Origin: a bacterium
GTDB lineage: Bacteria > UBA8248
Reading direction: 5' to 3'
Assembly: GCA_965207065.1 (NCBI GenBank)
Contig: OZ242260.1
Coordinates: forward strand, 1,280,001 to 1,344,000
Length of the DNA: 64,000 bases
Both the position numbers and the translations under genes were made by a program. Shown here piece by piece: positions 9,531-18,769 of the stretch. The notes beneath the pieces were generated by a model. That model was not told where the DNA came from and did not search any database. It saw nothing but the letters and a program-made list of their open reading frames with translations. Each line of letters starts with the position of its first letter. The first letter of the stretch is position 1.

Positions 9531-11318
9531 TTGACCCGCATGAATGGTGGCCAGATCATCGTCGATTATCTCGTTCAGGAAGACGTCCCCTACGTCTTCG
9601 GCCTGTGCGGTCACGGGAACATCAGCTTTCTGGATGCGCTCCATGAGCGCGCCGACGAGATCAAGACGCTCTCGGTGCGCCACGAGTCGCTCTCGGGCTT
9701 CATGGCGGACGTGTATTACCGCGTGGCGGGCAGGCCGGTGGCTACCTTCACCTCCTGCGGGCCGGGTTCGGCCAACATGCCGATTTCCCTGGCGAACGCA
9801 TTTTTCGATTCCGTCCCCTTTCTGGCCGTGACGGGCAACATTCCCACCAACCAGTTCAACCGGGGCGCGTTCCAGGAAACCTACCGCCACTACCAGGCGG
9901 ATTTTCCCTCCACCGTGCAGGCTTACTGCAAGCGGGTGTACCAGCCCACGCGGGCGGAGATGGTGCCGCAGTTCACGCGCCAGGCGTGGAAGACGATGAT
10001 GACGGGCAGGCGCGGCCCCGTCGTGCTCGACGTGCCCTTCGACATCTTCAAGGAGGAAACCGAGGTGGAGATGCCCCAGGCGTCTGAGTGGAACGCGAAC
10101 ATCTCCTGCCGATGCGGGGCGGACCCCGATGGCGTGAAAAAGGCTGCCGAAATGCTCACTTCCGCCGAGCGGCCCGTGATTCTCGTGGGCCAGGGCGCGA
10201 AATACGCCGGCGCGGCGGCGAAGATGGTCGCGCTCGCCGAGAAGCTCAAAATCCCCGTGGCTTGTTCATCGAGCGGGATGGGGGCGGTCGACGCGAACCA
10301 TCCTCTGGCTCTGGGCCTCATCGCGAGAAACGGGACTTATCCTGCGAACCACGCCGCGCGACAGGCCGACGTTCTGCTCGCGCTCGGCGTTCGCTTCGAC
10401 GATCGCACCTCGAGCAGCTGGCTGCCCGGCTATTCATTCAACATCCCGCCCACGAAGCTGATTCACGTGGATATCGATCCCGAGGAGATCGCGCGGAACT
10501 ATCCCGTGGCCTTAGGGTTAATGGCGGACGTGGACGTGTTTCTCGATCAGGTGAGTGAAGCGCTCGGGGCCGGGAAGAGCGTGGATATCCCAGAGGCGCG
10601 GGAGGCGTGGCTCCGCCGGATCGACGGCTGGCGCAACGAATGGGAGGAGTTCACGGCTCCCGGCTACCGCGAGGACACCGAACCCATCCACCCCCAGCGG
10701 GCGGCTTTTGAGATCGACAAGGCCCTGCCCGATAACACTATCCTCATCAGTGACGTCGGCGTCCACCACAACTGGCTGATCCAGTGCTGCCGCCCCAAGG
10801 GGCCGCAATCGCTCATCGGCTCCATGGGGTTCGGCGCGATGGGTTTCGGGGTCGCGGGCGTGCTGGGGGCCAAGCTGGCCGCACCGGAGCGGCCCTGCGT
10901 TGCCGTATGCGGAGACGGCGCTTTCGCCATGCACCTGAGCGCCATCATGACGGCGGTGGAGTACGACATCCCCGCCGTCTGGGTCGTCTGGAACAACTAC
11001 GCCTTCGCCTCCATCCGGGGGCTTCAGCGCGGCTACCTGGGTGGCCGGGAGCTGGCCACCGACTTTCAGGAGCACGCCTCCGCCACGCCGTATAACCCCG
11101 ATTTCGCCGCCATGGCGGAATCCGCAGGCATCACGGGCGTCAGGGTGGACAAGGCGGCCGATTTGAGCGAAGCGGTGGATGAGGCGGTGAAAGCCGGACG
11201 CCCCTACGTGATCGACGCGAACATCCAGGGGGAGCAAAATCCAAGCGGCGCAGGCGCCTGGGAGTTGCCCGGCCTGGGGTATGGAGAGCCAGCTATCGGC
11301 GAGCGGACCATTCTTTAG
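9531..11318 (+). CDS. Thiamine-diphosphate-dependent enzyme (acetolactate synthase-like)
   Basis: FGLCGHGN, RHE, GPGSAN, GDG...NN ThDP-binding motif. Confidence 0.92.
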   Translation: MTRMNGGQIIVDYLVQEDVPYVFGLCGHGNISFLDALHERADEIKTLSVRHESLSGFMADVYYRVAGRPVATFTSCGPGSANMPISLANAFFDSVPFLAVTGNIPTNQFNRGAFQETYRHYQADFPSTVQAYCKRVYQPTRAEMVPQFTRQAWKTMMTGRRGPVVLDVPFDIFKEETEVEMPQASEWNANISCRCGADPDGVKKAAEMLTSAERPVILVGQGAKYAGAAAKMVALAEKLKIPVACSSSGMGAVDANHPLALGLIARNGTYPANHAARQADVLLALGVRFDDRTSSSWLPGYSFNIPPTKLIHVDIDPEEIARNYPVALGLMADVDVFLDQVSEALGAGKSVDIPEAREAWLRRIDGWRNEWEEFTAPGYREDTEPIHPQRAAFEIDKALPDNTILISDVGVHHNWLIQCCRPKGPQSLIGSMGFGAMGFGVAGVLGAKLAAPERPCVAVCGDGAFAMHLSAIMTAVEYDIPAVWVVWNNYAFASIRGLQRGYLGGRELATDFQEHASATPYNPDFAAMAESAGITGVRVDKAADLSEAVDEAVKAGRPYVIDANIQGEQNPSGAGAWELPGLGYGEPAIGERTIL

Positions 11319-11362
11319 TGAAGTGATAGATAGCGGGTTATGCCCGCAAAAGGAGAGGATAG

Positions 11363-11983
11363 ATGAACGATGAGGCGAGGCTGCGCGCGGCGGCGGACAA
11401 GCTCGAAATGATGGAGGTGTGCATGTTCTCGCACGTCTGTCGGGACGTTGGCGACTGGGATGGTCTGCTGGATTGCTTTCACCCGGACGCGGACATCACC
11501 ACCTCGTGGTTCATGGGCAACGCGCATGCGTTCATCACCGAATCGCGCGATATGATGGAAGGCCATCACACCGATGACACCCAGAAACACATTGCGGGGA
11601 ACACGCGCGTCCGCGTGAGTGGTGAGCGCGGGGTTTGCGAGTATTACCTCACCCTCCACCAGCGCAGGACGATGGATGGCTATGATTTCGATTTCTCGAC
11701 CTGGAGCAGCGTGGTGGATCTGTTCGAGCGCAGGGACGGGCGGTGGCGCGTCATCAAGCGCACGATGATATACGAGAAAGACAGGATGGACCCCCACAAG
11801 CCCGGCGAGGTGCCCGCGTCCTACTTCGAGGCGATGGACCTGACGCCCTACCCCAGGGCGCTTCGCTACCATTGCTGGCGGAACGAAAAATTCAGCGGCA
11901 GCCCGCCATCCGAGAACCTGGTGATGGAAGGAACCGAAAAGTCGCGGGCGATCCGGGAAGAAGCGCGCAGGTGGGTTTCGTGA
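11363..11983 (+). CDS. SnoaL/NTF2-like fold protein
   Basis: RDxGDWDxLxDCFHPDA start and RRDGRWRVIKR..YEKD end typical of SnoaL_4; good RBS. Confidence 0.75.
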   Translation: MNDEARLRAAADKLEMMEVCMFSHVCRDVGDWDGLLDCFHPDADITTSWFMGNAHAFITESRDMMEGHHTDDTQKHIAGNTRVRVSGERGVCEYYLTLHQRRTMDGYDFDFSTWSSVVDLFERRDGRWRVIKRTMIYEKDRMDPHKPGEVPASYFEAMDLTPYPRALRYHCWRNEKFSGSPPSENLVMEGTEKSRAIREEARRWVS

Positions 11984-12065
11984 TGCGGTACGAGCTTTGA
12001 CAATGCGGCGACTGCCGGACATTTTGATTTAATACCAAATATTACCATATCAGATAGGAGAGCGA

Positions 12066-13253
12066 ATGCGTTTCAAGGTTTATGGTCCGTATGAAATTGG
12101 GGTGGATAAAGGTCAGGGCGACTGGATCGATAAAGAAGACATCAAGGCTTTTTGGGAGGAGGTAGGCGACGAATTACAGAAAGCCTGCGGGGTTTATCTC
12201 TTCGGGATGTATGGCCAAGGGAAAACCGGGATTGCCGGGAAAGATCGGCCTTGGTATGTGGGAAAAGCGGAAAGGCTGAATTTCAAAAGTGAATGCTTCA
12301 ATGGCAAGAATACAACCACGTTTAACAAAATTCTGACGAAATACAAGAAAAAGGGAAAACCGTTTTTGTATTTGCTGGCGCGGGTTGAGCGGGTTGATGG
12401 GAATGATGAATTTTCCGAGCTGGCGACCAAAGATAAACCGTACCGGGATGTGGGATTCGTCGAGGAAATGTTCATTCAACTGTCCCTGTCGATGAACAAC
12501 TCTCTTGAGAATATAAACGCGGTGAAAAAGGCCAAGCAAATTTCCATACGAGGGCTTTTGAACACGAAAAAACATCCATCGAAAAGCGTCGATGATTTCA
12601 AAAGCGCGTTCGGAATAAAAGATCGTGAACCTGCGCAAGTTGTTAAATATGAAGATACCAAGTTTAGATATGGGGTCTACGGACCATACCCAGTTCCATT
12701 CAAACAAGCCCCCAATGCCGTCGACAAAGCCATCAGATGTAAGGACGTCAAAGAGATGTGGGATGACATTCGAAAGAGAGAAAAGGGAATGGACGAGGCT
12801 TGCGGCGTATATGTCGTTGGAATACGGAATGGAGGTAACACGAAACCGTGGTATGTCGGCACGGCTGAGAAGGTTAGTTTTGAAGAAAGATGTTTCGAAT
12901 TTCCGGCTGAAACGAACATCGTTAAAAATAAAGGGACGCCTGTAATCTACTTTCTGCCGAAATTGGCGGAAAAAGGAGTTTCTGGGTTTGCGAAGCCGAG
13001 GCGGACTCTGTCTACGCCCGGTGACATGGACTATGTAACAAGGGTGTTGCTCGAGTATGGCATTCAGGAAAACAAGGAGGGTATCTTGCTCGAACCCGCC
13101 GCGCTCCACCTGAAGATTTTGCAGTCCCTGTCCGTCGAGGGTTTTGTAAACTCCCCAAAAGGGGCAGGAAATAAGACTGCGGTAAAGGGGTTGAAGCAAC
13201 TTCTCGGTCTAATGCCGTCAGCCGCTTTATCCCTTCACATCAACTCCAGATAA
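12066..13253 (+). CDS. Protein with two tandem GIY-YIG-like domains
   Basis: Internal duplication: VYGPY...ACGVY...PWYVG(K/T)AE...F...CF occurs twice; more AT-rich than neighbours; GGAG RBS. Confidence 0.7.
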   Translation: MRFKVYGPYEIGVDKGQGDWIDKEDIKAFWEEVGDELQKACGVYLFGMYGQGKTGIAGKDRPWYVGKAERLNFKSECFNGKNTTTFNKILTKYKKKGKPFLYLLARVERVDGNDEFSELATKDKPYRDVGFVEEMFIQLSLSMNNSLENINAVKKAKQISIRGLLNTKKHPSKSVDDFKSAFGIKDREPAQVVKYEDTKFRYGVYGPYPVPFKQAPNAVDKAIRCKDVKEMWDDIRKREKGMDEACGVYVVGIRNGGNTKPWYVGTAEKVSFEERCFEFPAETNIVKNKGTPVIYFLPKLAEKGVSGFAKPRRTLSTPGDMDYVTRVLLEYGIQENKEGILLEPAALHLKILQSLSVEGFVNSPKGAGNKTAVKGLKQLLGLMPSAALSLHINSR

Positions 13254-14389
13254 ATCCGCTTCATGTCCTCCGCGTCTGCGGGCACGGGGTTCGTCGCCAC
13301 CGTGGTGCTGGCGGCCGCTTCGTGCGCCATGCGGTCGAGGTATTCCTCCTTGGCCCCGATGGCCGCGAGTGATTCGGGGATCTCGATGTCGTCCGCCAGG
13401 GCGCGGACGCGGTCGACCGCGAGTTCCGCGTCCTGCGTATCGTCCGCTCCCTCTTCGGGGTTCGCGAGAAGCGGGGCCAGCCGGGCGTAGGTTTCGCGCA
13501 TGGCGGGCAGGTTGAAGCGCATGACGGGAGCGAGGAGTATTCCGTTCGTGGTGCCGTGGTGACCGCCGAAGAAGTTGAAGACCGGGTGCGTGAGTCCGTG
13601 GACGATGCCGAGGCCCGTGTTCGTGAAGGAAGCGCCCGCGAGGCATGCGCCCAGCGCCACGGGGTCGGCGGCGTCCGGGTCGGCGGGGTCGGCGACGAAG
13701 CGCCGCGCATTCTGTCCGATCAGGCCGATTGCCTGGAAACAGAGCGCCTGCGTCCAGGGGGTCGCGCGCGGGGAGCCGAGCGATTCCACCGCGTGGGTCA
13801 AGGCGTCCATCAGCGCGCCCGCGGCGAAGAATTTTGGAAGTGTGGCGAGCAGGGAGGAATCCACTACCGCCACGTCGGCGTAGAGCGCGTCTGAGTGGAT
13901 GCTCGATTTGGTTCCAAGCTCGATGTCGGTGATGATGGAGGCGCGCGTCACCTCGCTGCCCGTGCCCGCCGTGGTCGGAGCCGTGATGAAGGGCGGAATG
14001 GATTTTTCCACCTTGTCCGCGCCGTAGTAATCGCTTATCTTCCCGCCGTTCGCGATGAGCGCCCCCATCGCCTTGGCGGTGTCGATGGCGCTTCCTCCGC
14101 CCACGGCGATTATGCCGGAACATTGGTTCGCCTCATAAAACGCCTGGGCGCGCATGATGCTCGGGTCAGACGGATTGGGCTCCACATCTTCATACAGGCG
14201 GTATTCCACGCCCGCTGCATTGAGGCCTTTCGTCACGGAGTCGAGCACACCGGCGCCAGAAAGCCCGGGGTCCGCGAGCAGCATGGGCCGTGTCATCTCC
14301 AGTCTCTTCGCCTCATTGCCGATGGAGGCGGCCTCCCCCCTGCCGAAGCGCACGCGCGGCACGGCGGACATGCGGAAAGGATCGATCAT
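13235..14389 (-). CDS. Iron-containing alcohol dehydrogenase
   Basis: GGGSAIDTAK, PTTAGTGSE, DALTHAVE, HGLTH and HHG metal ligands; start re-placed at ATG 14389 after AAGGAG. Confidence 0.93.
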   Translation of the reverse strand: MIDPFRMSAVPRVRFGRGEAASIGNEAKRLEMTRPMLLADPGLSGAGVLDSVTKGLNAAGVEYRLYEDVEPNPSDPSIMRAQAFYEANQCSGIIAVGGGSAIDTAKAMGALIANGGKISDYYGADKVEKSIPPFITAPTTAGTGSEVTRASIITDIELGTKSSIHSDALYADVAVVDSSLLATLPKFFAAGALMDALTHAVESLGSPRATPWTQALCFQAIGLIGQNARRFVADPADPDAADPVALGACLAGASFTNTGLGIVHGLTHPVFNFFGGHHGTTNGILLAPVMRFNLPAMRETYARLAPLLANPEEGADDTQDAELAVDRVRALADDIEIPESLAAIGAKEEYLDRMAHEAAASTTVATNPVPADAEDMKRIYLELM

Positions 14390-14430
14390 GGCTGGTTTCT
14401 CCTTCTGGAAGTTTTCATTCGGTTCGGCAA

Positions 14431-14682
14431 GGGGCTGTTGAAAAACCCGCCCCGCTCGTCCTCCCCCTGCCTTGAAAACCAACCCCCCCTACCCCCCCTT
14501 GTCAGGGGGGCATAAAAAGGCGAAATCCCCCGCCCTCGTCAGGGCGATGCGCCCCCGCCGGACAGAGGGGGTTTTGCTGTTTCTTGCCCCCCTGACAAGG
14601 GGGGGTAGGGGGGGTTGCCTTTATGGGTTTCCCTCTCAAGGGGGTTGTCTTTACCCTCTCAGGGGACTTTTTCAACAGTCCT
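14431..14682. repeat. MITE-like element with GGGGCTGTTGAAAAA / TTTTTCAACAGTCC terminal inverted repeats and an internal palindromic pair
   Basis: TIRs at 14431 and 14668; internal inverted pair CCCCCCCTACCCCCCCTTGTCAGGGGGG / CCCCCCTGACAAGGGGGGGTAGGGGGGG; extra right end at ~14748-14762. Confidence 0.75.
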
Positions 14683-14773
14683 CAAGGGGGGAGTGTTGTC
14701 TCCTCTCTCATCGCTCGGTTCCATGCCCCGAGTCACGAAATGTGGTCTTTTTCAACAGGCCCGGCGCTGCGGG

Positions 14774-15139
14774 TCATTCACCAGCCGCATCGCTTGTGAG
14801 CGCTTCTCGCGGCGGCCAGTCTCCGGATCGGTTCTTGAAAGAAAGATAGACGAGAACGTCGTTGCCGGGATTCTTTAATTCATGCTCCACCCCTAAGGGT
14901 ATGTGGACCACCTCGCCCGCGCCCAGGGTCTTCTCTTCTTCCCCGACGCGGAACCAGCCTGCGCCCTCCAGTATGTGGATGATTTGCTCGCAGCCGTGGC
15001 TGTGCGGACGGGTCGCCTTACCGGGCGGCTGCTCCTGGCGCGTCAGGGTGGTGAACGCGCCGAGGATCATGCTGCCCTCTGAATCTGTGGTGGAGACGAG
15101 GTTGCGCTTTTTCATGTCGTCCCAGCGGTAAAAGGGCAT
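14774..15139 (-). CDS. Cupin-domain protein
   Basis: PHSHGCEQ...GE.VHIP.GVEH cupin motifs. Confidence 0.88.
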   Translation of the reverse strand: MPFYRWDDMKKRNLVSTTDSEGSMILGAFTTLTRQEQPPGKATRPHSHGCEQIIHILEGAGWFRVGEEEKTLGAGEVVHIPLGVEHELKNPGNDVLVYLSFKNRSGDWPPREALTSDAAGE

Positions 15140-15176
15140 GGCGGGCACCTTCTCTTATCGGCGAGAGACGTACGGA

Positions 15177-16214
15177 CTAGACCAGTTCGGCGATTTTCGC
15201 CTGTAGAAGTTCGTAGTTCGGGCGGCCCATCTCGATTTCGCCGTCGTCTATCATCCGCGCGATCTCTGTCACCGCGTCGTTGAAGGGAGTCGGGATGCCG
15301 AGCTCCCTGGCCCTGCGCGAGACGAGTCCGTTGATGTATTCCATCTCGCTCTTCCGGCCCTTGATGTGGTCCTGAATCGGGGCGGTGCGCGAACGCGGCC
15401 CCACGTGGCCGAGCAGCGTCTTCATGGCCGTGACGAGCACCTGGTCGTCCGAACCCGCGAAATCATCCGAAGAGAGTCCGAACACGGGCTCCACCCCGTA
15501 TCCCAGGGCTTCGCCCACCGCCATCGCCTCTTTTCCGAGCCCGACCGAAAGGTCGATGACGCCCGGAAGCTCTCTGGTCTCGGCGTTCTTGAGTCCCAGC
15601 AGGCCGAATGGCCCCATGGTCATGCAGTTGGCGATGAGCTTCGTCCACTTGGTGCCCTCGATGTTCGTGCTTACCTCAGTGACCGCGACGTGAGCGAAGA
15701 TGTCGCGCACTTCTTCCGCGCGCGGGGTGACCGAGCCGTCCAGTTCCCCCACGGCGAACCAGGTGCCCTTGCGCGGGGTGTTCCGCTGGATGAGGCCGGG
15801 CGTGAATATCTCCGCCGACAGCTCCACGCAGCAGCCCACCACGCGCTCGCGCCCGATGATGGAGGTGATCATATCGTTGTTCATGCTGTTCTGCGCCCCG
15901 ACGAATATGCCGTCGCTCTTGAGGTAAGGCTTGATGAGTTCGCACATCCAGCGGGTGTCGTAGGATTTGACGATGAGGAGGACGATGTCGAAGGTCGTCC
16001 GGAGCGAGGCCAGCTCGCAGAGATGGTGCGCGCGCAGGGGTGGCGTTTTGAGGTCCAGGTCGGGCATCTGGACGTGCAAGCCGTCTTTTCGCATCACCTC
16101 CACGTGTTCGGGCCACTGGTCGATGACGGTGACGTCCAGGCCTGCGTCGGTCAGATCGGCGGACACGCTGCCACCGATGGCGCCCGCGCCGAGTACGGCG
16201 ATCTTCTTGTTCAT
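15177..16214 (-). CDS. Ketopantoate reductase (PanE/ApbA)-family oxidoreductase
   Basis: GAGAIG, VKSYD, QN, KWTKL..N, QD..KGRKSE..YING. Confidence 0.9.
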   Translation of the reverse strand: MNKKIAVLGAGAIGGSVSADLTDAGLDVTVIDQWPEHVEVMRKDGLHVQMPDLDLKTPPLRAHHLCELASLRTTFDIVLLIVKSYDTRWMCELIKPYLKSDGIFVGAQNSMNNDMITSIIGRERVVGCCVELSAEIFTPGLIQRNTPRKGTWFAVGELDGSVTPRAEEVRDIFAHVAVTEVSTNIEGTKWTKLIANCMTMGPFGLLGLKNAETRELPGVIDLSVGLGKEAMAVGEALGYGVEPVFGLSSDDFAGSDDQVLVTAMKTLLGHVGPRSRTAPIQDHIKGRKSEMEYINGLVSRRARELGIPTPFNDAVTEIARMIDDGEIEMGRPNYELLQAKIAELV

Positions 16215-16285
16215 GCTGCACCTTGCCTTTCGGGGCTTTCGCCCTCAAGAGAATGAGAATCGCGACGAATACATGCGTTTCGTGA

Positions 16286-17461
16286 TTAAAAATACTTCAT
16301 TGTGCGGATGCGCTGCGCCTGGTTGGTGCCGGCCGAGTGGAGGAAGCTGATGACGTCGCGCAGGTATTTCTCCATCGGCGCGTCCGTCATGTAGCCCGTT
16401 CCGCCCCAGACCTCGAGCGCGCGCGTGGCGATGCGGAAACCGGCCTCTGAAGTATAGGCCTTGGCCATGTAGCCGAGCTTGGGGTCGTAGTTATCGCGCA
16501 TCGCCCGCCAGGCGGCGTAATGGAGTAGCTGCCGCGACGCCTCGTACTCGACGAAGCAATCCGCCAGCATGAAGCCCACGCCCTGGTGTTCGATGATGGG
16601 TTTTCCGCCCTGGATTCTCGTTTTGGCGAATTCGAGCGCGTCCTCATAGGCGGCGCGCGCGGGGCCCAGGTTCGTGGCGGCGGACTCGATGACCGAGCCG
16701 CGCGAGAAAGGACCCGAACGGGCCGCCACGCCCCCGCCAATCGGCGTGACGCGGTACTCGTCCGAAACGCGGCAGTTCTCAAAAATGAGTTCCGCGTTTT
16801 GCGAGAGCTGCTGGCCCATCTTCTCGTGGATCTTGCCGATGGAAAATCCTTCCATGTCCGGCGTGACCATGAAGTAGGTGACGCCCTGCGAGACGCCGAC
16901 GGTGGGATCGGTGCGGCAGACGAGCACGTAGAGCTTGGCGACCCCCCCGTTGCTGATGTAGTGCTTCTTGCCGTTGATGATCCAGTCATCCCCATCTCGC
17001 ACCGCGCTCGTGCGGACGCCGAGGTCGGGGCCTTCTTCGGGAATAAAGTTCTCCGAACCCACCTCGGGCTCCGTCATGCCGACGGCGAGGTGGAAGCGGT
17101 GATCCTCCAGGAACCGGGGCAGGAATTTCGCGCGCTGCTCCTCGTTCCAGACGATGTCGAGAAAATGGATGATCTTCCAGGTCTGGTCGAAGGTGACGGC
17201 CACGCCCAGATCCCCCCAGCCGATCTCCTCCCCCACGATGCAGAGCGTGAGAATGTCGGCCCCGCCGCCGCCAATCTCCTCGGGGATGGAGAGGGTTCTC
17301 AGGCCGAGCCTGCTCCCGGACTCGAGGATGTCCCAGGGGAATCTCTCGGTGGGGTCCGTTATCCGCTCGCGCTCGCGAACGTGGGGTTTGAGTTCATCTC
17401 TGGCGTAGTCGTGCGCCAGTTTCTGCAGTTCAAGCTGCCGTTCGGTGAGGGTGTAATCCAT
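16286..17461 (-). CDS. Acyl-CoA dehydrogenase family protein
   Basis: MTEPEVGS, INGKKHYISNG, WGGTGY, EKYLRD. Confidence 0.92.
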   Translation of the reverse strand: MDYTLTERQLELQKLAHDYARDELKPHVRERERITDPTERFPWDILESGSRLGLRTLSIPEEIGGGGADILTLCIVGEEIGWGDLGVAVTFDQTWKIIHFLDIVWNEEQRAKFLPRFLEDHRFHLAVGMTEPEVGSENFIPEEGPDLGVRTSAVRDGDDWIINGKKHYISNGGVAKLYVLVCRTDPTVGVSQGVTYFMVTPDMEGFSIGKIHEKMGQQLSQNAELIFENCRVSDEYRVTPIGGGVAARSGPFSRGSVIESAATNLGPARAAYEDALEFAKTRIQGGKPIIEHQGVGFMLADCFVEYEASRQLLHYAAWRAMRDNYDPKLGYMAKAYTSEAGFRIATRALEVWGGTGYMTDAPMEKYLRDVISFLHSAGTNQAQRIRTMKYF

Positions 17462-17492
17462 CGCTCGCCTTTACGGTTAGGAGAAAATTCGC

Positions 17493-18527
17493 TCAGTCCA
17501 TCACGATCGCCGCGCGGCCCGTAATCGCGCCCGCTTCGAGGCGTTCGTGCACTTTTTCGGCTTCTTCGAGCCGGTAGGTTTCCGTGACCAGGGGCCAGAC
17601 TTCTCCGCGCGCGCAGAGCTCGAGAGATTCGATGATCTCCTGTTTGGTGAACGAGCGGCTGCCCATGACTTCGAGTTCCCCGTTCAGGAGGCTTCCGGCG
17701 GATAGGCGGAACGGCTTGGGCGTGAAGCCGCCCAGCGTCACCAGGCGGCCGCCCTTGTCGAGAGCCTCGGCGGCGGCCTCGAGCGTGGTGTCGTGGGAGA
17801 CGAAATCGACAGCCACGTTCACGCCTACGCCGCCCGTGAGTTCGAGCAGCGCCTCCTTCACGTCGTCCTTCGAGGCGTCGACCGTGGCTTCCGCCCCGAG
17901 TTCTTTACACTGGGCCAGTTTTTGCTCGGAGACATCCACGGCGATGACGCGCGCGTTCGCCCAGCGGGCGAGCATGACCATGTGGATACCCACGCCGCCG
18001 CCCGCCCCGATGACGGCGACGGTCTCCATCGGCTCGATCCGCGCGCGGCGCACCACCTTGTAGGGGGTGACGATGACGTCGCAGATGACGGCCGCCTCGG
18101 CGGGATGGGCCTTGTAGTCCAGGCTCTCGGGCAGGTGAACGTAAACCTGCGAGGGGAGGTTGATGTATTCGGCATAGCCGCCGTCGCGGTGCCTGCCGAC
18201 GAAGCCGGCCATGTTGTCGCAGAGGGGTTCCCTGTTCACCCGGCACCAGCGGCAATACCCGCAGGTGAGATAGCAGTGGAAGGTGACGATGTCGCCCGCT
18301 TTCACGTTCGAGACCCCGGCGCCCGTCTCGACGATCTCGCCCACCACCTCGTGGCCGATGATCATGGGGTAGTCGATGTCCACGCGGCCCGCGCGCGCGT
18401 GGTGAATCGTGAGGCCCGAGCCGCAGGCGATGACGCGCGCCACGGCCTCGCCCGTCCCGGGCGTCGGGTCCGGCACGTCTTCATATGAAAATGGCGCTCC
18501 TTTTTCCCGCAACACCATGGCTTTCAT
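17493..18527 (-). CDS. Zinc-binding alcohol dehydrogenase (MDR)
   Basis: GHE, CGYCRWC...C structural Zn, GAGGGVG; start MKAMVL at 18527. Confidence 0.92.
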   Translation of the reverse strand: MKAMVLREKGAPFSYEDVPDPTPGTGEAVARVIACGSGLTIHHARAGRVDIDYPMIIGHEVVGEIVETGAGVSNVKAGDIVTFHCYLTCGYCRWCRVNREPLCDNMAGFVGRHRDGGYAEYINLPSQVYVHLPESLDYKAHPAEAAVICDVIVTPYKVVRRARIEPMETVAVIGAGGGVGIHMVMLARWANARVIAVDVSEQKLAQCKELGAEATVDASKDDVKEALLELTGGVGVNVAVDFVSHDTTLEAAAEALDKGGRLVTLGGFTPKPFRLSAGSLLNGELEVMGSRSFTKQEIIESLELCARGEVWPLVTETYRLEEAEKVHERLEAGAITGRAAIVMD

Positions 18528-18769
18528 GAGAGTCTCCTTCCGAGAGAACCTCCGCGCGCAATGCGAAGACGCGAGCATGTGTGATTGACGGCGGACAATA
18601 TATCGGGATTGTGAAAAAATTAGTAGTGAAGAAGCGAAGAAGAGAAAGCAGCGAGATTTGTAGTGGAATGGGTGTGGTTGGAAATGCTCCGTGCATACCT
18701 TGTATTGCTTTTATCATAGCAGGTAATGTCTAAGAGTCAGTTTCGTGTATCTCTCAGAAAGGGGAGGAG

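Noticed and set aside
14390-14482. N-terminal extension of the Fe-ADH in the ORF track
   Set aside because: It runs through the MITE end; the RBS supports ATG 14389.
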